From an uncultured virus (IMG/VR IMGVR_UViG_3300030330_005363) (lineage: Duplodnaviria > Heunggongvirae > Uroviricota > Caudoviricetes > Crassvirales), in IMG/VR virus record IMGVR_UViG_3300030330_005363, positions 1-64,000 of that record: a stretch of DNA of 64,000 nt, one strand, 5' to 3'. The translations under genes and the position numbers were made by a program. Under the pieces are notes generated by a model, which was given only the letters and a program-made list of their open reading frames with translations, searched no databases and was not told where the DNA came from. Below, piece after piece: positions 19,606 through 30,821 of the stretch (position 1 is the stretch's first letter; every line of letters begins with the position of its first letter).

Positions 19606-20799
19606 ATGTCAGAAAAAAAAGAAAATTTAAAAACTCCTGAAAAACCAGTAGTTGATGAAAAAGTGGAACCTTTAAAAATCAAAAAAAGACCACGTAATTT
19701 AGGTAAAAAAGATGAACCTATAAAAATTGATTTAAACAAAAAGAAAGACAATGCCGTTCAAGAGTCAAGCGCAAAGGAAGAAGTGTTACAGTCTACTTCA
19801 CAAGAGCAGGAGACAGGGAAAGAGAGTGAAGTGGAATTGCAAGTTGTGGGACAAACACACGAAGAAGAAAAACCTTCCGAAGAAGTTAAAGTAGAAAATG
19901 TTATAGAAGAAATAACTAGCACAACTGAAAACTTTAAACCTAAGGAAAACGTTGAAGAGCAAGAGCAAGAAAATAAAACTAATCTACCTGAAAATATACA
20001 AAATCTTGTTAATTTTATGTCTGAAACAGGAGGTAACATAGAAGATTATGTTAGATTAAACGCAGATTACACTAGCGTAGACGACGATGCATTACTAAAA
20101 GAATATTATAAAAAGACTAAACCTCATTTATCAAATGAAGATGTAAATTTTTTGTTAGAAGAAAAATATTCATACGATGAAGAATATGAGGAAGAAAAAG
20201 AAATTCGTAAGAAAAGACTTGCGAAAATGGAAGAAGTTGCAGATGCCCGTAACTTTTTAGAGCAAATGAAAAAAGACTACTATAGAGAAATAAAGTCTCG
20301 ACCAGGAGTTACTCAGGAGCAACAAAAAGCAATGGATTTCTTCAACCGATATAATGAAGAACAGGAAATGGCTAATAAACGTCATCAGGTTTTTGAAAAA
20401 AATACTAATGATTTTTTCTCTAATGATTTCAAAGGTTTTGATTTCGATTTAGGAGAAAAAAAGTTTAGGTATGGAGTGAAAAACCCTACAGACGTAGCAA
20501 CCGCCCAATCTGATATCGCCACATTTATTAAGAAGTTCTTAAATGAAGATGGGAGTGTTAAGGATTACACTGGTTATCACAAAGCTATTTATGCTGCTCG
20601 AAATGCAGATACTATTGCCAAGCATTTTTATGATCAAGGCGTAGCTGATGCAACTAAAGATATAATAACTAAATCTAAAAATATAAGCAACGATGTGAGG
20701 CAAGCACCTCCTTCAGATAGCATATCTTTTAACGGTTTAACTATTAAATCTGTAAGTGGAGTAGATAGTTCTAAATTAAAAATTAAAAGAAAACGATAA
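19606..20799 (+). CDS. Capsid scaffolding protein (putative)
   Basis: Acidic Glu-rich protein between portal and capsid genes. Confidence 0.65.
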   Translation: MSEKKENLKTPEKPVVDEKVEPLKIKKRPRNLGKKDEPIKIDLNKKKDNAVQESSAKEEVLQSTSQEQETGKESEVELQVVGQTHEEEKPSEEVKVENVIEEITSTTENFKPKENVEEQEQENKTNLPENIQNLVNFMSETGGNIEDYVRLNADYTSVDDDALLKEYYKKTKPHLSNEDVNFLLEEKYSYDEEYEEEKEIRKKRLAKMEEVADARNFLEQMKKDYYREIKSRPGVTQEQQKAMDFFNRYNEEQEMANKRHQVFEKNTNDFFSNDFKGFDFDLGEKKFRYGVKNPTDVATAQSDIATFIKKFLNEDGSVKDYTGYHKAIYAARNADTIAKHFYDQGVADATKDIITKSKNISNDVRQAPPSDSISFNGLTIKSVSGVDSSKLKIKRKR

Positions 20800-20814
20800 T
20801 TAAAACTTAAAAAA

Positions 20815-22254
20815 ATGGCGTTTACAAGTATGCATGCTGGATTACAACCGTATCCAGACAGGGTAGCTTTAACGAGCAATTATTTACAGTGGACTGATGC
20901 TGGTGCTGGTGCTCCAGGTTTCTTAGATTTCGCTGACTTTGCTCAACAATATCTACCTGAACTTTACGAACAAGAAGTAGAGAGATTTGGTAACAGAACA
21001 ATCTCTGGATTCTTAAGAATGGTCGGAGCAGAAATGCCGATGACCTCAGATCAAGTAATCTGGTCTGAACAAAATAGATTACACATTGCTTATGATGACG
21101 TAGCTGAAGCTGCTGGTGTATTTACACCTGTACTTCCAGCTGGTACACCATCACATGCGGTAAGAGTAGGTAACACTATTGTTGCTTATAACCCTCTTAC
21201 AGGCGTAACATTAAAAGGGCAAGTAACAGCTATTAATGCTGGTGCTACAAACTTCACCGCTGCTTGTTACACACAAGCTGGTTGGGCTGGTTTAGCTGCT
21301 ACAGGAAACAGAATCTTTGTTTATGGATCTGATTTTGGTAAAGGAACAAATGGAATGTTAGGAGCTGTAGAGCCTGCTTTCACTCAGTTTTCTAACAAAC
21401 CAACAATCATTAAAGATCGTTACGAAGTATCTGGTTCTGACACTGCTCAAATTGGTTGGGTTGAAGTTGCAACAGAAGATGGAACAACTGGATTCTTATG
21501 GTACATGAAAGCCGAATCAGAAACTAGATTAAGATATGAAGATTATCTTGAAATGGTTTGTGTTGAAGGTGAAATTGCTACTGTTGGTTCAGATGTTGCT
21601 GGTCTTACTAACGCACAAACTTCTTACGGTACGCAAGGTATGTTCTCTGCTATCGAAGAAAGAGGTAACGTATATGCTGGATTTGCTGGTGCTGCTGCTC
21701 CTGGAGCTGGTGCATTAGGAGATTTTGATACAATCTTACAGCAATTAGATAAGCAAGGTGCTATTGAAGAAAACATGCTTTTCTTAGATAGAGCTACTGC
21801 TCTTGATTTTGATGATATGATCGGTGCTCAAGCTGGTGGAGGTTATTCTTCAGTTGCTTCTGCTTCTTACGGTCTATTTGACAACTCAAATGAAATGGCT
21901 TTAAACTTTGGTTTCTCTGGGTTTAGAAGAGGTTCTTATGACTTCTACAAAACGGATTGGAAATATCTTAACGATGCTTCTACTAGAGGAATGGTTGACA
22001 ATATCAAAGGTGTTATGATACCTGCTGGTACTTCAACTGTTTATGATCAAATGATGGGTCAAAACATTAGACGTCCGTTCTTACACGTACGATACAGAGC
22101 TTCAGAAACAGATGATAGAAGAATGAAATCTTGGATCACTGGTTCAGTTGGAGGTGCTTACACTTCTGATTTAGATGCGATGGAAGTACATTACTTGTCA
22201 GAAAGATGTCTTTGTGTTCAAGCTGCTAACAATTTTGTATTATTTACAGATTAA
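20815..22254 (+). CDS. Major capsid protein
   Basis: 479 aa after the scaffold; strongly biased high-expression codons (TTC, AAC, TAC, GCT). Confidence 0.85.
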   Translation: MAFTSMHAGLQPYPDRVALTSNYLQWTDAGAGAPGFLDFADFAQQYLPELYEQEVERFGNRTISGFLRMVGAEMPMTSDQVIWSEQNRLHIAYDDVAEAAGVFTPVLPAGTPSHAVRVGNTIVAYNPLTGVTLKGQVTAINAGATNFTAACYTQAGWAGLAATGNRIFVYGSDFGKGTNGMLGAVEPAFTQFSNKPTIIKDRYEVSGSDTAQIGWVEVATEDGTTGFLWYMKAESETRLRYEDYLEMVCVEGEIATVGSDVAGLTNAQTSYGTQGMFSAIEERGNVYAGFAGAAAPGAGALGDFDTILQQLDKQGAIEENMLFLDRATALDFDDMIGAQAGGGYSSVASASYGLFDNSNEMALNFGFSGFRRGSYDFYKTDWKYLNDASTRGMVDNIKGVMIPAGTSTVYDQMMGQNIRRPFLHVRYRASETDDRRMKSWITGSVGGAYTSDLDAMEVHYLSERCLCVQAANNFVLFTD

Positions 22255-22280
22255 TTTATTAACTTTTAAAATATAAAATT

Positions 22281-22646
22281 ATGGCACTTATAAAATTTGA
22301 CACGACTCAAGCAGGAACTATTGCTGCTGCTTCTACAACTGCACTAATTGTAGATGTAGATGTACCAATCTCTTTAAGTAACTATTCAGCTCCTGGAGCT
22401 GGTGTTGCTTTAGTAGATATCGCTATATCTGATCCTGGTACTCCAACTGATATTCAGGTGGAATTTGGACCAGATGCTAATGGTGATGCTATTACTGCAG
22501 ATGGTATAACAGAAAATTTAAACAATTTGATTGAAGCGGCTGTAGCTGATCCATATCATATTCCAGAATTTGCTGATGCTTTTATAGCAGCAGGATACTT
22601 GGAACCTGATAACAGATATGCTATCAACGATATTAAATTAGTTTAA
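22281..22646 (+). CDS. Capsid decoration/auxiliary protein (putative)
   Basis: Lies between MCP and a strong terminator. Confidence 0.5.
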   Translation: MALIKFDTTQAGTIAAASTTALIVDVDVPISLSNYSAPGAGVALVDIAISDPGTPTDIQVEFGPDANGDAITADGITENLNNLIEAAVADPYHIPEFADAFIAAGYLEPDNRYAINDIKLV

Positions 22647-22657
22647 TATTACTATAC

Positions 22658-22686
22658 AAAGACCCCTTTAACGAGGGGTCTTTTTT
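22658..22686 (+). terminator. Rho-independent terminator
   Basis: GACCCCT-ttaacg-AGGGGTC followed by TTTTTT. Confidence 0.9.
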
Positions 22687-22708
22687 AACTTTTTAATTAT
22701 ATTATATT

Positions 22709-23461
22709 ATGTCAGAAAATACTGAAACATGGGAGATAAAAGATCGCCATTATTATTTAACAATGGGTAAAACTCCTTTAACATATACTTTAGCATCTAA
22801 GCATACTCAAAGATTTCCTTTACTTTATTTTGATGAAGAAAAAGGGTATAACAGAGAATTACGTTACGCAACTAACCAAAAGTCTGTTTTTGTAGACGAA
22901 CAACAAGGTGCTTCAACTTTAGCTCATATTATATTTAAAGATGGAGGACTATATGTTCCTAAAGAAAAACAAAACTTGCAAAAGTTATTGTCTTTATATC
23001 ACCCACAAAAAGGGAAAAGATATGCAGAACAAGATGACGTTCAAGAAGCTAAAAATGAATTAGTAGATATTGAAATAGAGTTTATGGCTTTAGAAGCTGC
23101 TAGAACAATAGAAATTGAACATGCGGAAGCTATATTAAGAGTAGAGTATGGTTCTAGCGTTTCAAATCTAACTTCTTCAGAAATAAAAAGAGATTTATAT
23201 ATTTTTGCTAAGAAAAACCCAAAATTGTTTTTAGATTTAGTAGGAGATGAAAATGTAAAACTTCGTAATTTCGCTATTAAAGCTACTGAAGCTGGAATTA
23301 TAAAACTTTCAGATGATCAAAGAACTTTTAAGTGGGGTTCAAATGGGAGGAAGTTAATGACCGTACCTTTTGATGAACATCCTTATTCAGCATTTGCTGC
23401 TTATTTAAAAACGGATGAAGGATTAGAAGTGTATAAAACTATGGAAAAGAAAATGAGTTAA
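22709..23461 (+). CDS. Conserved head-module protein, function unknown
   Basis: 250-aa ORF in the structural cluster. Confidence 0.75.
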   Translation: MSENTETWEIKDRHYYLTMGKTPLTYTLASKHTQRFPLLYFDEEKGYNRELRYATNQKSVFVDEQQGASTLAHIIFKDGGLYVPKEKQNLQKLLSLYHPQKGKRYAEQDDVQEAKNELVDIEIEFMALEAARTIEIEHAEAILRVEYGSSVSNLTSSEIKRDLYIFAKKNPKLFLDLVGDENVKLRNFAIKATEAGIIKLSDDQRTFKWGSNGRKLMTVPFDEHPYSAFAAYLKTDEGLEVYKTMEKKMS

Positions 23462-23487
23462 ATCTTTTCTAAACCTGTAATACTATT

Positions 23488-23513
23488 AAAGGCGGCACTA
23501 CGCCGCCTTTTTT
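23488..23513 (+). terminator. Rho-independent terminator
   Basis: GGCGGC-actac-GCCGCC followed by TTTTTT. Confidence 0.9.
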
Positions 23514-23530
23514 ATAATAAATAAAAACAA

Positions 23531-24268
23531 ATGGCAATAAACGTAAATACAGTCTATAGAACATGCTTGTTTATAATTAATAAAGAACAAAGAGGATATA
23601 TAACTCCTGCAGAATTTAATAGTATTGCTACTCAAGTACAGTTAGAAATATTTGAAAAATATTTTGAAGACGAAACTCAACAATTACGTATTCCACAAAA
23701 CAATACAGAATACAGTGATAGAGTTAAAAATATAGATAATCAAATATCTATATTTAAAGAAATTACCTCATTAGCACCTGATTGGATAGTAGGTACTAAT
23801 GAATTTAACCAACCAGCAAATGTTCATAGAATTGGTACAGTTATATATAAAGATGAACAAGAACTTCAAAGAGTAGAAAGAAATGATTGGTTAAGAATTA
23901 ATATGTCTAAACTCACTCGCCCGAGTGCTGATTACCCGATTTACATATATGAAAATGATAAAATAATTGTTCAACCACCCACACTGGTTGTAGAAGATCC
24001 TTTGAACCCAGGAACAGTGCTTGATCAATTTAGTGTTAGTTTTGTAAGGAAACCACAAAACGTAGTTTGGGGATATGATGTTTCTCCATCCAACGGTGCT
24101 TTTTTATACAATAGTGCGTTGTCTCAAGATTTTGAAATAGACGATGTAGATCAAAATGAAGTTGTATTAAAAATATTAATGTATGCTGGTGTAGTTATTA
24201 GAGATCCACAAATTATGCAAGCAGCAGCTGGTGCATTGGCAGCTGAAGATCAAAATGAAAAAACTTAA
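23531..24268 (+). CDS. Tail tubular/ring (head-tail adaptor) protein
   Basis: INKEQRGYITPAEFN N-terminus; position after the head genes. Confidence 0.65.
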   Translation: MAINVNTVYRTCLFIINKEQRGYITPAEFNSIATQVQLEIFEKYFEDETQQLRIPQNNTEYSDRVKNIDNQISIFKEITSLAPDWIVGTNEFNQPANVHRIGTVIYKDEQELQRVERNDWLRINMSKLTRPSADYPIYIYENDKIIVQPPTLVVEDPLNPGTVLDQFSVSFVRKPQNVVWGYDVSPSNGAFLYNSALSQDFEIDDVDQNEVVLKILMYAGVVIRDPQIMQAAAGALAAEDQNEKT

Positions 24269-24274
24269 TAAGTT

Positions 24275-25600
24275 ATGGCAAATTCTCCTAATGGTGGTTT
24301 TATAAATGAAACTAATGAACAATATTATGTAGGACATCAAGCTAGAGTAGCAGATGGAAGTACATCTTATACTTATACTTTTGATGAAGTATTAAAAATG
24401 GCAGATCCTGCTAGTCCACTTACTCCCACAGATTGGTCTTCGTGGAACATTAATGATCCTAATTTTGCATTAAATAATTTTGATTTAATGGTAAGTACAG
24501 GTGGGTTAGATCCATATGTATTATGGGATGGGACTAATGGAGGTGTAGCTGGTGGACCTTATGGTTTTAGAGTTTCAAAATTTAATGATACTCAAGATTG
24601 GAGTACTATAGAATTTTATGACGTTACCACTGGTAACCCAGCAGTCGCTGTTACAGCAGGTTATTATATACAAGTTCGTTTAAAAAGTGGATTAGTAGAT
24701 GGAGCACCTAATTATGGAGATTACCAGTTTGTTAGTATTAAAGATATTGTAAATAATTTTTTAGTTGGATATGTTGGAACAGGAAAATTAATTTCTCAAG
24801 CAAAAAGAACAGATGTAATGTTTCATGCTAAGAGAGGTTTACAAGAGTTTTCTTATGATACATTACCTAGTATTAAATCTCAAGAACTTACCATACCTCC
24901 TACACTATCAGTTATTATTCCTCAAGATTATGTAAATTATGTTCAAATGTCTTGGATTGATATGAACGGTATAAAAAGAATTATTTACCCTACTACGATA
25001 ACAGGCAATCCTACAGAAACACCATTACAAGATCAAAACATTACGCGCAATAGTAATTATGGATTTGCTTTTCCTTCTGAAGGATATGGAATTCCATTAC
25101 AAGATCAATTTGGAGAAAACTTAGAAGGAACGTCATTAACTGAAGAAAGATGGGAAGATATTCCTGAAGAGTTTGAAAGGGAGTGGGATCAATATGGTAG
25201 TATATGGGGATATAGAGATTGGTGGGGTTCATATGGTAGAAGATACGGAAGCCACCCTGAAATGATGCAAACTAATGGTTGGTATACTATAAATAAAAGA
25301 GAAGGTAAATTTTCCTTTAGTAGTAATTTAAGAGGTAAATTAATATTATTTGAATATATATCAGATGGTTTAGCTTATGAGGAAGATATGAAAATTCCTA
25401 AGTTAGCTGAACAAGCCATATACATGCATATAGCACATGCTATATTAGCTAGTAGAATAAATGTACCTGAGTATGTTGTTCAACGATACAAAAAAGAGAG
25501 AAGAGCAGCTTTAAGAAATGCAAAAATTAGATTAGAAAATCTTAAACCCACTGAATTTGTGAGAAACACAAGAGGAAAATCTAAGTGGATTAAATATTAA
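24275..25600 (+). CDS. Tail ring/adaptor structural protein
   Basis: Position; PQDYVNYVQMSW motif. Confidence 0.6.
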   Translation: MANSPNGGFINETNEQYYVGHQARVADGSTSYTYTFDEVLKMADPASPLTPTDWSSWNINDPNFALNNFDLMVSTGGLDPYVLWDGTNGGVAGGPYGFRVSKFNDTQDWSTIEFYDVTTGNPAVAVTAGYYIQVRLKSGLVDGAPNYGDYQFVSIKDIVNNFLVGYVGTGKLISQAKRTDVMFHAKRGLQEFSYDTLPSIKSQELTIPPTLSVIIPQDYVNYVQMSWIDMNGIKRIIYPTTITGNPTETPLQDQNITRNSNYGFAFPSEGYGIPLQDQFGENLEGTSLTEERWEDIPEEFEREWDQYGSIWGYRDWWGSYGRRYGSHPEMMQTNGWYTINKREGKFSFSSNLRGKLILFEYISDGLAYEEDMKIPKLAEQAIYMHIAHAILASRINVPEYVVQRYKKERRAALRNAKIRLENLKPTEFVRNTRGKSKWIKY

Positions 25601-25604
25601 TTAA

Positions 25605-28600
25605 ATGGCAGAAATAAAAAATACGTTTATTCAGTCCAAGATGAATCAAGACTTGGACGCTAGAATAATCCCTAATGGTCAATATAGAAGCGCTTTAAAC
25701 GTAAGTATAAGTAGATCGGAATCTGCAGATGTAGGTGCATTAGAAACTGTATTAGGAACTTTAGAAATAACTGATTTTGGTTTAAGTGATTGTAACATAA
25801 AAGCTATAGGTCATTTTATGGATGTAACTAATGATAGAATATTTGTGTTTTTAACTAACTATAGTGATAGTTCTCCTACTTTATTAAATAACACTACAGG
25901 ATCTTCTTTTTCAAATATAGAATGTTATATTGCTTATTATGATATTAATGCTAATACTGGTAATATTATAGTAGGTGGAGATTGGTTAAACTTTTCTAAA
26001 ACACATAGAATATTTGGTGTTAACTTAATTGAAAATTTATTATTTTGGACGGATAATAGAAATCAACCTAGAAAAATAAATGTTGATAATGCTATTAGTA
26101 ATCCTTATATTATTAATCCACCTACTGGTACCCCAGGCCAAGGATATTATTTTACAGAAGATCAAATTTCTGTAGCAAAATATTATCCTTTTGAACCTAT
26201 ATATTTATTAGATTTAGCTAATCCTATTACTGCTGACAATAGGTTTGATGCAGGTATGAAAGATGTGGTTAGCGAATGGTTACCTCCTCACGCTGTTTTG
26301 GAAGTTATTGATCCTGCACCAGGCCCGGGTGGTGTTTTTATAACTGTAGATGGTACTCACACTATTGGTAGTGGCAAAACTTTTGATACTCCGGCTTTTG
26401 TAACAGATGGTGATAGAATAACTGGACCTAATGTTACGCCAAATCCTGCTGGTGTAAGTAGTGATGTAATTGTAATAGGAGCATCAAATAACCCTACATC
26501 TACAGTTTTTGAAATTACTAATCAAGATCCTACCGTTGCTGCAGTAGCAGTAGGAGATGTATTGTATTTACAAAGAAGAAATCCTTATTATAACGCAGCT
26601 TGGCCAGGTGATCCAGATTATTTAAAAGATAAGTTTGGAAGATTTAGTTATAGGTTTAAATTCGATGATGGAGAGTATTCATTAATAGCTCCATTTACTC
26701 AAATAGCTTTTGTTCCTGAACAAGATGGATATTTTATAGCAGACAACTTAAATCCTAATGATACTGAAAATTCTGGACCAGATCAAGAAACTCAAACTTA
26801 TAGAAGTACAGTTGTGCCATTTATGGAAAATAAAATAAATGATATTATTTTAAATATTCCTTCACCTAAAGAATATGAAGTTTCTGAAAATTCTATGATT
26901 TGGTCTGAAGTAAATGACAAATTAAAAATTACTGAAGTAGATGTGTTGTGGAAATCAGCAGACGATCAATCTATCAAAGTCATTGAAACTCTTCCTATAG
27001 ATTATTTTAAAAACAATACTACAACCTTACTAGAGTACAATTATCAATCAACTAAACCTTGGAAGACATTACCAACTAATGAGTTGACTAGAGTGTCAGA
27101 TAGAGTCCCTGTCAGATCATTAGGTCAAGAAAGTGCAGGTAATAGAATAATGTATGGAAATTTTTTAGATAAACATACATCTCCTCCACCTTTAGACTAC
27201 ACAGTGATAATTGATGAAAAAGGACCTTTACCAGATACAATAGCAGAACGTGATGATCCTAGAGAGTATGTACGTAAAGAATATCAAAATCATACATTAA
27301 AGCAAAATAGAACCTATCAAGTAGGTGTTGTTTTATCAGACAGATTTGGAAGACAATCTGATGTAATATTATCTAAAGTTACTGATGATCAAGTTGGTAA
27401 AGCTTCTACTATTTTTCATCCCTATAGAGATATAAATTCTTATTTAATTACTGATAGAAATGATCCTCAAGATCCTAATGATACTTGGCCAGGTGATCAA
27501 TTAATAGCTTTATTCAACTCAACTATACCTGAAAGTATTTCTACGGCTACAGGTTATCCAGGTTTATTTAGTATAAACGATGGATCAATACAATCAATTA
27601 AAAACATAACAGGTTTTGATCCTTCTGATTGGGTTACAGGTGTTCCAGCTTGTGGATCAGGATGTGATATTACAGTTGAATTAATTTGTGATTCAGCAGG
27701 TCCAGGGAGTTGTGGTAGTATGAGTTTTGAAATATGCGACGATGGCACAGGAGTTGCTGCTATTAATTTAGAAAGCATAGTTTTCAGTGGAACTGAAGGG
27801 AATTTTTCTAACGGGCAAATTATATCAGTTTGTACAAGTAATGTTAGTTTGTTTCCTGCTTGTTGGGCCGGTGGTCCAGAAAGTTGTTTTCAAGTGGAAG
27901 TAGTATGTCCAGAAAATAATCCTTTAGGTTGGTATAGTTATAAAATTGTTGTTAAACAAACAGAGCAAGAATATTACAATGTATACTTACCTGGAATGTT
28001 AGCCGGGTATCCAGAAGACATAATAGGCTCAGCTCCTACCATAAGTGGCGGGATATTAACTAGTCCTTCTGTAATAGGAGAAAAATATCCTAGTGGTTTA
28101 GAGAAAAAGGAATGTCACGTCGTGTTAATTAACGATAATATTAATAAAGTTCCTAGAGACTTACAAGAAGTAGGACCCGATCAACAACAGTTTAGAAGTA
28201 GTGTAGTATTATACGGAAGAGTAGAAAATGTAAAAATAGAAGTGGATGGTGGAGCTTTTGGAAATTTAAATAAACAATATCAACCAAGTATTTTAGGAGA
28301 TACAGTAACTACCATTGGCCCTATGACCGAACTTAATTTAGGTAAATTTGATAAAGCTGGTGTTGATAATGCGAATTATAATTTTGAAGGCGCTGGTTCT
28401 GAAGATCCGTTAATACCACCTCATTGGTACTCAGGAGATTCAAATCCTTTAATAGCTAGAATATCGACTAAAGATAAAATAGGTCAACCTCAATTTGGTA
28501 ACGCTGCAGCCTGGTCAGATGAAACAATGACTCCATTTTTATCTGTATATGAAACAGAACCAGTTGAATCTTTATTAGATATTTATTGGGAAACTACAAC

Positions 28601-30809
28601 TTCAGGTTTAATTTCAGAGTTAAATAGAAACATTGTGGAACAAGAAGGGGTAAGCTTAGCTAGAGGTCTTTCTAATGCACAAATAATAATACCAGAACAA
28701 GGGTATGCAGATGAAACAATTCCTATTTCAGCACAGTTTTGGGTTGAAGGAGTTAATGGATTAGATTTAAGTGATGCAAGTTTTGGTTGTACTATAGATT
28801 TAATTAACGTTACATATGCTGATGGAACAGTATCTTTGCCTCAAAAATTTAAACTAATTAACGCTGGTGTACCTGGTAAAAACATTTACTACTTAGTTAA
28901 AAGATTTGGAGAATATCAATTAGCTTATGAAGATCCAAACAAAATAAATTTAAAATTTGTTTTTGAAATAACTCAAACTTTATCATCAGGAAGTACGATA
29001 ACAATAACTTCTATAGTCGATGGTATTGTAACTAATGAAGTTCCACAAGAATTTATGTATCCAGATAGAGGTGATATAAAAGCTTTAAATTACACTAACT
29101 TTTTATTTCCTACAACTTTAACTGCGGTGCCGTTTGGACCAGCGCTCACACCAACATGTTTTGAAGGTTATCAACCAAATTCAGAAGCTTGTTTCTTAAC
29201 TGGTGGTGGAGCTGGATTTGTTGGTAGTCCTTATAATACTGGACAAAACTACTATACACCTAGTTATGAAGGAACTCAACCTGGTGGACCTAATGTAGAT
29301 TTTGTTAATAGTTGTGATCCTTATGTAAGGAAACTTGGTAAAGGTCCTGTGTTAGCTGCTAAAGGTATGAATTGGAGCGCGAGTGTTGATCATTGGGATG
29401 GTACGTTTGCCGCAAAAAATGGTATTTATGGATCTGCTGACCCACCACCACCAAATCCAAGAAGTTTACAAACTTGTGAAGAGTTAGATTTTGTAGTAAA
29501 AAGAGCTTATCAGGTAAGTGCTATTTTCTGTTATATGAATACGCCGACAGCTGGAGTAGGATGGAGAGGTAATGGTCAACAAAACTGTGTATGTACTGAT
29601 GAAAAAGTAAGTCCACCATTTGTAGAATACGTATTTGGTCAACCTATGTTAACAATAGACGCTAATGGAGTAGGTTTAGATTGTACGTATGATGCAGATT
29701 TTACGCCTACTAATGGTCAAGATGCGTCTGATACTAGTGGTTATGAAAGTCCAGCGTATAGACAATCTATGAGTAAGAGAGTGGTGGTAGATTTAGGTTC
29801 TATTCCTAATTCATATGGAGTTGTATTTGCAGATGAAATTCTTAATGGTCCTCAATATATAGATTATCAACCAAATTGGGGTATACCTAACCCTGCTGAT
29901 AACACAGCAACTGGCGGTGGTGAAAAATACGTAGGAGAAAAATACAATAATGAAGAACACTATTGGATGGATATTGATGCTAATATGAAGTTTTATACTT
30001 TAAGAAGAGCAAGTGGAGATCCTACTGATCCTGCTAACTTTTGGCCATTGGCTAGTCCTTTGGGAACTTACAATATTTACAATAATGGAGTTTATCCTGG
30101 AGCTTGTGGAGCTCCAACATATACTGCTGGAACAGGTGATATAGTTTTACCTTTTAAATACGGAACAGAAGATTTTGATCCTTCTGCTCCTAATGGAGGG
30201 AAATTTACTAGCGCTTGGCCGAGTGGTACACAAGGAAATAGTCTTATAAATGGACAACCTTACGGATCATACAACATGCAAGAAATAAATGCTTGTACAC
30301 CATGGGGAACAGCGGGGCCATGGAGCTTAATAGGTAAAGGCAATCCTTTAAGTTGGGGACCTGGCGATCATCTTACTATATCTCAAATTCCTTATCAATA
30401 TTTTAATGAAGCTTCTCCTTTAAGTTATTCACAATGGAAAACAAGAGCTCCTAGATTTGTAGCTAAAAACATCAATACATGTTCTTTCAATGGTGGGTCT
30501 GCTAAGGGTATAATTGAAGTAGAACCTGGTATTATTGGAGGACAAGAGTGGACTATGCCTCCTGGTAGATATGTTGTAACTGTAGCTGCTATTGATAAAA
30601 ACGGAACAGGTTTAAGTTTTGAATGGGATGTGCCTATTACTATATATGAATCAGCGATACCTGAAGGGAGATTTGATCCTCAATATGGTAGCGGAACTCC
30701 AGGAATGCTTCAGAGCACTGGATGTAATACAGGTTTATATTCGTCAACAAATCCTTGTGGGTGTACAACTTATGTTACTCCAAGTGGTGGTTTTAATTCT
30801 TGTACTTAA
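25605..30809 (+). CDS. Tail stabilisation/muzzle protein with large insertions
   Basis: KMNQDLDARIIPNGQYRSALNV, LFWTDNRNQPRKIN and FSYRFKFDDGEYS motifs typical of crAss-like stabilisation proteins. Confidence 0.75.
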   Translation: MAEIKNTFIQSKMNQDLDARIIPNGQYRSALNVSISRSESADVGALETVLGTLEITDFGLSDCNIKAIGHFMDVTNDRIFVFLTNYSDSSPTLLNNTTGSSFSNIECYIAYYDINANTGNIIVGGDWLNFSKTHRIFGVNLIENLLFWTDNRNQPRKINVDNAISNPYIINPPTGTPGQGYYFTEDQISVAKYYPFEPIYLLDLANPITADNRFDAGMKDVVSEWLPPHAVLEVIDPAPGPGGVFITVDGTHTIGSGKTFDTPAFVTDGDRITGPNVTPNPAGVSSDVIVIGASNNPTSTVFEITNQDPTVAAVAVGDVLYLQRRNPYYNAAWPGDPDYLKDKFGRFSYRFKFDDGEYSLIAPFTQIAFVPEQDGYFIADNLNPNDTENSGPDQETQTYRSTVVPFMENKINDIILNIPSPKEYEVSENSMIWSEVNDKLKITEVDVLWKSADDQSIKVIETLPIDYFKNNTTTLLEYNYQSTKPWKTLPTNELTRVSDRVPVRSLGQESAGNRIMYGNFLDKHTSPPPLDYTVIIDEKGPLPDTIAERDDPREYVRKEYQNHTLKQNRTYQVGVVLSDRFGRQSDVILSKVTDDQVGKASTIFHPYRDINSYLITDRNDPQDPNDTWPGDQLIALFNSTIPESISTATGYPGLFSINDGSIQSIKNITGFDPSDWVTGVPACGSGCDITVELICDSAGPGSCGSMSFEICDDGTGVAAINLESIVFSGTEGNFSNGQIISVCTSNVSLFPACWAGGPESCFQVEVVCPENNPLGWYSYKIVVKQTEQEYYNVYLPGMLAGYPEDIIGSAPTISGGILTSPSVIGEKYPSGLEKKECHVVLINDNINKVPRDLQEVGPDQQQFRSSVVLYGRVENVKIEVDGGAFGNLNKQYQPSILGDTVTTIGPMTELNLGKFDKAGVDNANYNFEGAGSEDPLIPPHWYSGDSNPLIARISTKDKIGQPQFGNAAAWSDETMTPFLSVYETEPVESLLDIYWETTTSGLISELNRNIVEQEGVSLARGLSNAQIIIPEQGYADETIPISAQFWVEGVNGLDLSDASFGCTIDLINVTYADGTVSLPQKFKLINAGVPGKNIYYLVKRFGEYQLAYEDPNKINLKFVFEITQTLSSGSTITITSIVDGIVTNEVPQEFMYPDRGDIKALNYTNFLFPTTLTAVPFGPALTPTCFEGYQPNSEACFLTGGGAGFVGSPYNTGQNYYTPSYEGTQPGGPNVDFVNSCDPYVRKLGKGPVLAAKGMNWSASVDHWDGTFAAKNGIYGSADPPPPNPRSLQTCEELDFVVKRAYQVSAIFCYMNTPTAGVGWRGNGQQNCVCTDEKVSPPFVEYVFGQPMLTIDANGVGLDCTYDADFTPTNGQDASDTSGYESPAYRQSMSKRVVVDLGSIPNSYGVVFADEILNGPQYIDYQPNWGIPNPADNTATGGGEKYVGEKYNNEEHYWMDIDANMKFYTLRRASGDPTDPANFWPLASPLGTYNIYNNGVYPGACGAPTYTAGTGDIVLPFKYGTEDFDPSAPNGGKFTSAWPSGTQGNSLINGQPYGSYNMQEINACTPWGTAGPWSLIGKGNPLSWGPGDHLTISQIPYQYFNEASPLSYSQWKTRAPRFVAKNINTCSFNGGSAKGIIEVEPGIIGGQEWTMPPGRYVVTVAAIDKNGTGLSFEWDVPITIYESAIPEGRFDPQYGSGTPGMLQSTGCNTGLYSSTNPCGCTTYVTPSGGFNSCT

Positions 30810-30821
30810 TAAATTTATAAA

